Positions 7,532 through 14,389 of a DNA stretch of 14,389 bases are shown here, one piece after another (position 1 is the stretch's first letter; every line of letters begins with the position of its first letter). A program made the position numbers and the translations under genes. This stretch comes from Sulfurimonadaceae bacterium (GTDB lineage Bacteria > Campylobacterota > Campylobacteria > Campylobacterales > Sulfurimonadaceae): contig JBFEXS010000055.1 in assembly GCA_041562555.1 (NCBI GenBank), positions 1 through 14,389 on the forward strand. The letters are read 5' to 3'. The notes beneath the pieces were generated by a model, which was not told where the DNA came from, made no database searches, and was given only the letters and a program-made list of their open reading frames with translations.

Positions 7532-7944
7532 TGGAAGTCATTGAGTGGTATTACCTTTTGGCCATCGGTATTGTGATGATCGGTCTTGAAGCGCTGATCT
7601 TCTCATTTTTTCTGGTATGGCTTGGCGTAGGATTTATTGTTGTAGCCGGTCTGAGTTACATGGGAGTATATGAAAACGGTATTGCACAGTTGGCCTCGGC
7701 TGTCTCTGTAGGATTGGTGTTGGTCTTTATATTGCGTAAATGGAGTATGGGTATGCTTAATAAAACGCAGGATGACACTGAAGAGAAGATCCACCGTGCA
7801 GGCATCGGTACGATCGACAACGGAATGATCCGAATGGATGGTACCTATTGGCAAAGCGATGACGATCTGAGTATATACAAGGATGGAGACAAGGTCAATG
7901 TCGTTGATATTGTAAACAATAAGGCAGTTCTTGCGACGGAATAG
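7531..7944 (+). CDS. Short NfeD family (YbbJ-like) membrane protein
   Basis: TAATG overlap with the SPFH gene. N-terminal TM helices and a C-terminal OB-fold-like G.IRMDGTYW...GDKVNVV segment. NfeD genes are habitual SPFH neighbours. Confidence 0.88.
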   Translation: MEVIEWYYLLAIGIVMIGLEALIFSFFLVWLGVGFIVVAGLSYMGVYENGIAQLASAVSVGLVLVFILRKWSMGMLNKTQDDTEEKIHRAGIGTIDNGMIRMDGTYWQSDDDLSIYKDGDKVNVVDIVNNKAVLATE

Positions 7945-7953
7945 TAAGTAAAG

Positions 7954-9048
7954 ATGTATTACGAGAAAGAGTTGGCAGCACTGAAACGCTCAGGACGATA
8001 TCGCGAGCGAAAGCTATTTGATGAAAACCTGATTGACCTTGCTTCAAATGATTATCTGGGACTTGCCCATGAACGTTCTTTGATGGATGAAGCATATGCG
8101 CGTGTGGGCGCCTATTCATCCCATGCATCGAAGGCATCCATGCTAGTGAATGGATATCATCCTATCCATGCTGATTTTGAAAAGGCTTTGTGTGAAGCCA
8201 ATGGTTTTGAAGATGGTGTGATCCTTGGTTCAGGGTTTTCCGCCAATGTTGCGATGATCGAGACCTTGCTGCGCAAGGGTGATGAGCTGTTTATGGATGA
8301 GAAGTACCACGCTTCGGGGGTGATGGCAACGAAACTCAACGATGCACAGACCTATTATTTTAGACATAATGATGCTGCAGAACTGGAGGAGATGCTTAAA
8401 GCTTCCACCGCCAGGCGAAAAGTCATTGCCGTTGAGGGTATCTACTCCATGGATGCAGATCTGTTAAATATCGATATTATCCATCTGGCGGATAAGTATG
8501 ATGCCTTACTGATCTTGGATGAGGCACATTCATCAGGGGTGATCGGTTCTAGTCTGATGGGAATTTTGGATTATTATGAACTCCCTGTAAAAGAGAACTA
8601 CATCAAGATGGGGACCTTGGGTAAGGCTTATGGCAGTTTTGGCGCTTATATCCTGGCAAGTCAACATATCATCGAGTTTTTGATCAACAGGGCAAAACCC
8701 ATCATCTATGCGACGGCACCTTCGCTTTTTGATACGGCTTTGGGTCAGGTTTCCTTGGAGTATATTTTGGAGCATGCATCTACACTCTCTTTGAAGATAA
8801 AGGAACACCAACAGATCGTCAAAGAGAGTCTGGATATAAAGATCGATGGCTTGATCGTCCCCATACCGGTTGCTGACAATCGCAAAGTGATACAGATCCA
8901 GGCCGAACTGATGGAAGCGAACTATCTGGTAGGTGCTATTCGTCAGCCTACGGTTGATACGGCGATAATCAGGTTGATCGCCCGTTTGGGTGTAGATAAA
9001 GAGGAACTGTTTAATGTTTGTAATCTTATCCAAGGTAAAATAAGTTAG
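7954..9048 (+). CDS. bioF: 8-amino-7-oxononanoate synthase-like PLP enzyme (class II aminotransferase fold)
   Basis: DLASNDYLGL, GFSANV, DEKYHAS, LDEAH, GTLGKAYG (PLP lysine), AIRQPTV. Confidence 0.88.
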   Translation: MYYEKELAALKRSGRYRERKLFDENLIDLASNDYLGLAHERSLMDEAYARVGAYSSHASKASMLVNGYHPIHADFEKALCEANGFEDGVILGSGFSANVAMIETLLRKGDELFMDEKYHASGVMATKLNDAQTYYFRHNDAAELEEMLKASTARRKVIAVEGIYSMDADLLNIDIIHLADKYDALLILDEAHSSGVIGSSLMGILDYYELPVKENYIKMGTLGKAYGSFGAYILASQHIIEFLINRAKPIIYATAPSLFDTALGQVSLEYILEHASTLSLKIKEHQQIVKESLDIKIDGLIVPIPVADNRKVIQIQAELMEANYLVGAIRQPTVDTAIIRLIARLGVDKEELFNVCNLIQGKIS

Positions 9049-9078
9049 AATATCCGCATTATAAACCTTAGAGTCTAA

Positions 9079-9768
9079 ATGAAAATAGAAAAACTGCATA
9101 TTCGGTACCAAGACAAGTCCCTTGTCGATATTGCCTTTGATATCAATCGATCCTTGGCATTAGTGGGACAGAGCGGAAGCGGGAAGAGCCTTTCTTTGAA
9201 GGCCTTACTGGGAATGTTGCCAGAAGATATGCAGATGGAATTGAAACTGGATGCACCTTTTGAACTCATCAATGGTGTGAGCTTGGCTTTCGTTCCGCAA
9301 AACCCGTTTACGGCGCTTTCACCGCTTACGAAGATACATAAACAGTTCTTCGCTTCGGATGCACGTATGCGTGAGCTATTTGAGCAGGTTGGATTGGCAT
9401 ATGAACTCAAGGACCGTTTTCCACCGGAGCTTTCTGGAGGACAGTTGCAGCGGGTGATCATTGCGATGGCATTGAGCTCAGACCCAAAATTACTGCTACT
9501 GGATGAGCCGACGACGGCACTGGACCCCCATAACAGGGAAGTGATCATCCAGTTACTCAAGGACCTGCAAGAGAAGATGGGGTTTAGGATGTTGTTTGTT
9601 ACACATGATATGAAGTCAGCAGCTTCCTTGTGTGAAGAGATCTGTGTGATCAAAGATGGAGAGGTGGTCGAAAAAGGTGTGTTGCAAGAGGTGCTAGAGG
9701 CACCGCAACAGGAATACACCCAGACCCTTATCTCCTCAAATTTTTCAAATCGGGAATTTAGAGTATGA
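9079..9768 (+). CDS. ABC transporter ATP-binding protein, DppD/OppD/NikD-like, single NBD
   Basis: Walker A GQSGSGKS, Q-loop VPQNPFTALSP, signature FPPELSGGQLQR, Walker B LLLLDEPTTALD, VTHD switch, C-terminal PQQEYTQTL. Confidence 0.93.
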   Translation: MKIEKLHIRYQDKSLVDIAFDINRSLALVGQSGSGKSLSLKALLGMLPEDMQMELKLDAPFELINGVSLAFVPQNPFTALSPLTKIHKQFFASDARMRELFEQVGLAYELKDRFPPELSGGQLQRVIIAMALSSDPKLLLLDEPTTALDPHNREVIIQLLKDLQEKMGFRMLFVTHDMKSAASLCEEICVIKDGEVVEKGVLQEVLEAPQQEYTQTLISSNFSNREFRV

Positions 9769-11729
9769 TATCGAGAATATTCAGTTTAAGACATATCTTT
9801 ATCGCTTTTATCATTTTGTTTGTCGCCATTACGGGATACATCACCTATTACTACAATCAGATTAAATATGAGGTGGGCCCCCTTATCGAGTACAACCCGA
9901 CCCTAACGACAGAAATCTACGATCGTAACGGGGATAAGATCGCCAATATCTTTGATAAAGAACATCGCTATTTTGCACATATCGAAGATATCCCTCCGCA
10001 GATCATAGAAGCACTTTTGGCGATCGAAGATACAATGTTTTTCGAGCATTCGGGTGTGAACGTGGATGCGATCTTTCGTGCGATCGTCAAAGATATCAAG
10101 GCGATGAAGCTGGTCGAGGGTGCATCGACCATTACACAACAACTTGTCAAAAACACCCTGTTGACGCGGGAGAAGAAGTTCTCACGTAAGTTCAAGGAAC
10201 TGCTGTTTTCACTCAAGATCGAAAGTGAATTGACAAAAGAAGAGATCTTGGAACGTTATCTTAATCAGATCTATTACGGGCATGGATATTACGGGATCAA
10301 GACGGCTGCACAAGGCTATTTTCATAAAGACCTGGATGATCTTACGCTCAAGGAGATCGCGATCCTTGTCGGATTGCCAAAGGCACCCTCGTATTACTCA
10401 CCGACGCGTCGATATGAACAGTCACTCGGGCGGGGAAATCGTGTCGTCACCCGTATGCATCAACTGGGGTGGATCGATGATGATGCCTATACTGCTGCTA
10501 TGGCGGAGATGCCAACGGTGTATGATGATACCCTGACACAGAATCGGGCACCTTACATCGTCGATGAAGTACTCCGACAGTTAAGCGGAGAGTTTAAAAA
10601 TATTCGCGGTGGAGGATACAAGATCTATACGACAGTGGATATCCGTATGCAAGAGGCTGGACGCCAGGCGCTTAAAGAGGGGTATGACATGAGTATGCAG
10701 CGTGCTCTTGAATCCGAGGATTACAATCAGACTTTGATAGAAAAACTCAATGGAGCACTCGTCTCTATCGAGCCTAAGTCGGGCGACATCTTGGCCCTTG
10801 TCGGCGGGGTTGATTATGATAAGAGTCAATATAACCGTGCGACACAGGGAAAACGACAGCCGGGTTCGGCCTTTAAACCGCTTATCTATCAAGTAGCGGT
10901 TGACCTGGGATATTCCGGTGCTTCCCAATTGGTAGATATCGCCCGTACCTATGATTATGAGCTTGACGGTGAAGAGAAGAAGTGGAAACCGAAGAACTAT
11001 GGGAAAGATTATAAAGGTTTCATCTCTTTGCGTGAAGCCTTGGTGCATTCACGAAACCTGGCAACGATCAACCTGGTGACAGATATAGGGCTGACTACGA
11101 TGCGTAGAGAGTTGAGCAAATTCCATATCAAAAACCTTCCACCGGACCTTTCTTTGGCTTTGGGGTCGATCACCGTATCACCGTTGGAGTTCTCACATTA
11201 CTATACCATCCTTTCCAATTATGGGACGGAGGTCGAGCCTATTTTGATCCGAAGTGTTCAAAATGCCTATGGCGAAGAAGTGCGTTATGAAAATAAATCC
11301 GAGCAGCAGACGACACCGCAGCAGGCCTATATCATGATCGATGTGATGAAGGATGTCATCAAGAAAGGTTCCGGTAGAAAGGCTCGGGTCGAGGGAATAG
11401 AACTAGCGGGTAAGACAGGGACGACAAACAAGGGTGTCGATGCCTGGTTCTGCGGATTCTCTCCGGATATTCAGACCGTTATCTGGTATGGGAATGATGA
11501 TAATACCCCGATGTCCAAGGGGGAACAGGGCGGACGTACGGCTGCACCTGCCTTCGCCGCTTTTTATCGTAAGGTTTTGAAGAGTCATCCGGAGACCAAG
11601 CGGCATTTTGAAGAGCCGGAAGGGATTATCAGCACCTATGTAGGTAAGCAAAAGGAGTATTTTACAGAGATATCCAAGCCGCCACAGGTACAAAACACGC
11701 AAGATGCTGAAGAAGAGCTGCTTTTCTAG
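9765..11729 (+). CDS. pbpA: Class A penicillin-binding protein 1A (transglycosylase-transpeptidase)
   Basis: N-terminal TM. GT51 motifs EDxxFFEHSG, GASTITQQL, RKFKE, KEEILERYLN, LPKAP. Transpeptidase motifs SAFK, SRN, KTG. ATGA overlap with the upstream ATPase. Confidence 0.96.
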   Translation: MISRIFSLRHIFIAFIILFVAITGYITYYYNQIKYEVGPLIEYNPTLTTEIYDRNGDKIANIFDKEHRYFAHIEDIPPQIIEALLAIEDTMFFEHSGVNVDAIFRAIVKDIKAMKLVEGASTITQQLVKNTLLTREKKFSRKFKELLFSLKIESELTKEEILERYLNQIYYGHGYYGIKTAAQGYFHKDLDDLTLKEIAILVGLPKAPSYYSPTRRYEQSLGRGNRVVTRMHQLGWIDDDAYTAAMAEMPTVYDDTLTQNRAPYIVDEVLRQLSGEFKNIRGGGYKIYTTVDIRMQEAGRQALKEGYDMSMQRALESEDYNQTLIEKLNGALVSIEPKSGDILALVGGVDYDKSQYNRATQGKRQPGSAFKPLIYQVAVDLGYSGASQLVDIARTYDYELDGEEKKWKPKNYGKDYKGFISLREALVHSRNLATINLVTDIGLTTMRRELSKFHIKNLPPDLSLALGSITVSPLEFSHYYTILSNYGTEVEPILIRSVQNAYGEEVRYENKSEQQTTPQQAYIMIDVMKDVIKKGSGRKARVEGIELAGKTGTTNKGVDAWFCGFSPDIQTVIWYGNDDNTPMSKGEQGGRTAAPAFAAFYRKVLKSHPETKRHFEEPEGIISTYVGKQKEYFTEISKPPQVQNTQDAEEELLF

Positions 11730-11762
11730 TATGGTGTATCAGAGGCAAGGGGGAAGTGAAAC

Positions 11763-12863
11763 GTGGATGAGATCTTAACAAAGATCCCTTTCTCAGATAC
11801 TGAGTTTGGCGTACATCTGTTCATACTTATTATCAATCTGCTGTTATTGATTTTTTCCAAACCGATAGTCTCACTCTTCAAGACCCACAGTGAAAACAGT
11901 TTTGAACTGGCCGTATTTCGGGTCTTAAACCTCACCTTTTTGTTCCTGCATATCCTTGATTTTATCCTGATCATCTGGAGTAAAGATTATCAGAGTCTCT
12001 TTGCCCGTTTGGCATGGACCATCGTCTGCATCTATCTTGGTCTTCTGCTTTTCTCCTTTGTCTCCTATCTGAGTCGTAAGAAGTTCGGTATAGAAAAGAA
12101 GATAGATACGACGCTTGTCTATGTCGATACCTATAACAGCCGTCTTGTAGACCTGATCGTCTTGGTCGTCATCTCGATATTCTCTTTATATATCATCATC
12201 GATATCTGGGAACTAGACTCTTTGTTGCAAACGACAGGGATCTTCGGTATTGCAGCTGCTTTTTTGGCATTGACCAATCAGATCTGGGCTCCGGACATGT
12301 TTTACGGGATGGTGATCTTGAACTCGAAGATGCTTGAAGACGGGGATGTGATACAGTTTTCCGATAGCAAGGATGAATATATCATTAATAAGGTGACCTT
12401 TATCTATACGATCTTACTGGATGTGCGTAACAATCACCGTACCTTGATCAAGAACTCCAAACTGGTGGATGCACGCATCGACAATTTGAGTAAAAAAGCG
12501 TCGACAGACGGGTTGAGGATGAAGCTGACCTATAAGATCGGTTATCCGAAGCAAGAAGATTTCGAAACCTTTAAAAAGCAGATCGACCATATGTTTTCTG
12601 AAGCAAATGAAGTGGCCGTCAATGCTGATGAGATCAAGATCAATGAGAATATCCCTTTTGAATGGTATCTGCACGAGACAGGAGATTATGCTTTGGTGTA
12701 TGAACTCTTTTATTATGTGGATGCATTGCCGAACACGAAGGTAACGCGTACGGTACGTTCCTATCTTTTGAAAACACCCAACCTTGTGAACGAGGCGGTC
12801 TATGACGCATCTATAGTCCATGGTGTCGACCTCTCAACGCCGATCTTGCATCAGGGTGTCTGA
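11763..12863 (+). CDS. MscS-family mechanosensitive channel-like protein
   Basis: GTG start after GGGGGA. About five TM segments, then GMVILNSKMLEDGDVIQF...TILLDVRNNHRTLIKNSKL...IDNLS, matching the MscS beta-domain pattern. Confidence 0.8.
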   Translation: MDEILTKIPFSDTEFGVHLFILIINLLLLIFSKPIVSLFKTHSENSFELAVFRVLNLTFLFLHILDFILIIWSKDYQSLFARLAWTIVCIYLGLLLFSFVSYLSRKKFGIEKKIDTTLVYVDTYNSRLVDLIVLVVISIFSLYIIIDIWELDSLLQTTGIFGIAAAFLALTNQIWAPDMFYGMVILNSKMLEDGDVIQFSDSKDEYIINKVTFIYTILLDVRNNHRTLIKNSKLVDARIDNLSKKASTDGLRMKLTYKIGYPKQEDFETFKKQIDHMFSEANEVAVNADEIKINENIPFEWYLHETGDYALVYELFYYVDALPNTKVTRTVRSYLLKTPNLVNEAVYDASIVHGVDLSTPILHQGV

Positions 12864-12898
12864 TAACTTCAAAGTTTTTTATATTGTTTTTTATAGAG

Positions 12899-12904
12899 TA
12901 TAAT
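12899..12904 (+). promoter_or_regulatory. Putative -10 box for the CsgG-family lipoprotein operon
   Basis: TATAAT preceded by T-tracts at ~10-11 bp period. AAGG RBS at 12922-12925, ATG at 12932. Confidence 0.6.
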
Positions 12905-12931
12905 GGTCTTATCTCATATATAAGGCTTTCC

Positions 12932-13897
12932 ATGAAAATACGACAATATCTTTCTATAGTCGCGGTGATATCCATGATGTCCGGATGTGCGACGGTTCAG
13001 CATAAAACAGAACATGAGACCCCTTCTACGACACCTGCGGTCAGTAAGACCCTTGTCCAGAAGGATACGAAATCGCTAAAGCGTAAAGTCGCCATCGGAC
13101 GATTTACGAATGAGACGACCTACGGTCAGAGTTTTTTTATTGATAAGGAGAATAACCGTATCGGCAAGCAGGCCATGGATATTCTCTCTGCCAAACTGTT
13201 TGAGACGGGCAAGTTCATCATGCTTGAACGTTCCGACCTGGCACAGATCCAAAAAGAGCTTGAGATCGGCGGATCGTCTGAGTTGAAAAATGCGGCGGAT
13301 TATATCATCGTCGGATCGATCACCGAGTTTGGCCGTAAAGAGGTAAGCGATGTGGGGATCTTTTCCCGGGTAAAGAAGCAAGAGGCAAATGCCAAGGTGC
13401 ATATCCGAGTTATCGATGTGACGACAGGTCAGATCATCTACTCGGAAGAGGGGAAAGGTACGGCTTACTCCGAAGCCGGTGTAGTCTTTGGTGTGGGGTC
13501 TAAAGCAGGATATGATGCATCCTTGAACGACAAGGTCTTGGATGCTGCGATCACAAACCTGGCATCCAATATCATCGAAAATATGCTGGACAAGCCGTGG
13601 CGATCCTATATCCTAGGATATGAAGAGGGTAACCTGATCATCTCCGGGGGTAAATCACAAAACATCAAGGTCGGTTCACGGTTTGATGTCCTTAAAGAGG
13701 GTAAGAAGATCAAAAATCCCCAGACAAATATGATGATCACCCTTCCGGGAAAGAAGATTGCGACGATCGAGGTCTTGATGAGTGTGGGTGATACACCGGA
13801 GTCTGAAGTGTCTATGTGTAGCATTGTCGAAGGAAACCTCGACACCTATCTAAAGACGAAAAAATATGATGCGCTCTATATTCAAGAGCCAAAGTAG
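12932..13897 (+). CDS. CsgG/HfaB family lipoprotein with C-terminal FlgT_C-like beta domain
   Basis: Start moved from TTG 12884 to ATG 12932, giving the signal peptide MKIRQYLSIVAVISMMSG|C. CsgG-like motifs KVAIGRF, TGKFIMLER, ADYIIVGSITEFG, RVIDVTTGQIIYS. C-terminal GGKSQNIKVGSRFDV...IKNPQT. Confidence 0.85.
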   Translation: MKIRQYLSIVAVISMMSGCATVQHKTEHETPSTTPAVSKTLVQKDTKSLKRKVAIGRFTNETTYGQSFFIDKENNRIGKQAMDILSAKLFETGKFIMLERSDLAQIQKELEIGGSSELKNAADYIIVGSITEFGRKEVSDVGIFSRVKKQEANAKVHIRVIDVTTGQIIYSEEGKGTAYSEAGVVFGVGSKAGYDASLNDKVLDAAITNLASNIIENMLDKPWRSYILGYEEGNLIISGGKSQNIKVGSRFDVLKEGKKIKNPQTNMMITLPGKKIATIEVLMSVGDTPESEVSMCSIVEGNLDTYLKTKKYDALYIQEPK

Positions 13898-13906
13898 GAG
13901 AGACAG

Positions 13907-14218
13907 ATGAAGTATATGAAGATTATCGGTATAAGTCTTATGGTGAGTTTGATGGCATTGACGAGTGGATGCGGGTACAAAGAGGGCGTCAAGACACAGG
14001 AGCGTACGGCATATCTTTATTTTACGGGAAATGCGAAGGGTGCTGAGGTCAGTATCGATGATACGATGACCTTCACCGTAGAGAAGACAGGTGTCAATGA
14101 GCAGTATAAAGTAGCCCCGGGCAAGCATATAATCATTGTGACTCAAGACGGTGCGATCGTTGTCAAACGCGAACTCCTACTGGGTGATGGCATTGCGAGA
14201 GAGATCAATATACCTTAG
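13907..14218 (+). CDS. Small lipoprotein with PEGA-like beta-sandwich
   Basis: AGGAG RBS overlapping the upstream stop, signal peptide ending LTSG|C, and GAEVSIDD...VAPGKHIIIVTQDG resembling PEGA repeats. Confidence 0.75.
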   Translation: MKYMKIIGISLMVSLMALTSGCGYKEGVKTQERTAYLYFTGNAKGAEVSIDDTMTFTVEKTGVNEQYKVAPGKHIIIVTQDGAIVVKRELLLGDGIAREINIP

Positions 14219-14234
14219 AAGCAAAGGCAGGTAA

Positions 14235-14389
14235 ATGAAACAGAGTTTAGTGTATAGTGTAGTCTTTGCAGCGCTATTGGTCAGCGGATGCAGTACCCAT
14301 CAAGGGATGTATGAATATGCGGATTATTCCGAGAGCTTTTACGGTTTGAAAAAAGATGCTACTCCCGAGGCAGCGGGTGAGTGGAAAAA
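14235..14389 (+). CDS. DUF4810-like lipoprotein (3'-truncated by window edge, not in the ORF track)
   Basis: Translated by hand: MKQSLVYSVVFAALLVSG|CSTHQGMYEYADYSESFYGLKKDATPEAAGEWK, open to the window end. It has a lipobox, and the Y-x-Y/W-x-D-Y-x4-Y pattern resembles DUF4810 proteins, which commonly follow CsgG-family genes. Confidence 0.75.
   Translation, partial: MKQSLVYSVVFAALLVSGCSTHQGMYEYADYSESFYGLKKDATPEAAGEWK

Noticed and set aside
8533..9111. 192-aa minus-strand ORF, and similar antisense ORFs at 10581-11048, 12414-12821, 4283-4606 and 13076-13402
   Set aside because: All overlap well-supported + strand genes and show no family motifs. They are explained by the codon bias of the sense gene.
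9075..9719. 214-aa minus-strand ORF
   Set aside because: It lies antisense to the ABC ATPase, has Ser-rich low-information composition and no recognisable motifs. Typical shadow ORF.
12884..12931. TTG start at 12884 for the CsgG-like gene
   Set aside because: This stretch contains the TATAAT and RBS. ATG 12932 gives a proper lipoprotein signal peptide.
1..14389. Frequent GATC sites
   Set aside because: They appear spread through coding regions and are consistent with ATC/GAT codon preference. No local cluster was evident by eye.

Overview
Gene-dense window with every convincing gene on the + strand. Protein style, alaS/maf/pbpA order, TATAAT-only promoters and AAGG ribosome-binding sites suggest a Campylobacterota chromosome, possibly Sulfurovum/Sulfurimonas-like (inference). 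Order: murG (3' part), dedA, two tandem paralogous ~120-aa soluble Cys-motif hypothetical proteins, alaS, two tandem paralogous 4-TM HemJ/CopD-like membrane proteins, maf, SPFH + NfeD-like pair, bioF-like PLP enzyme, orphan Dpp/Opp-type ABC ATPase, PBP1A, MscS-family protein, and a CsgG-family lipoprotein operon running off the right edge. No rRNA, tRNA, CRISPR or mobile element was seen. Most notable: alaS is flanked by two duplicated gene pairs, and three of those four unexplained proteins carry the same C-x5-C-x2-C motif, a candidate metal/redox module. Also seen: a structured alaS leader with possible tRNA-Ala acceptor-stem mimicry, a probable leaderless maf, and several operator-like palindromes.
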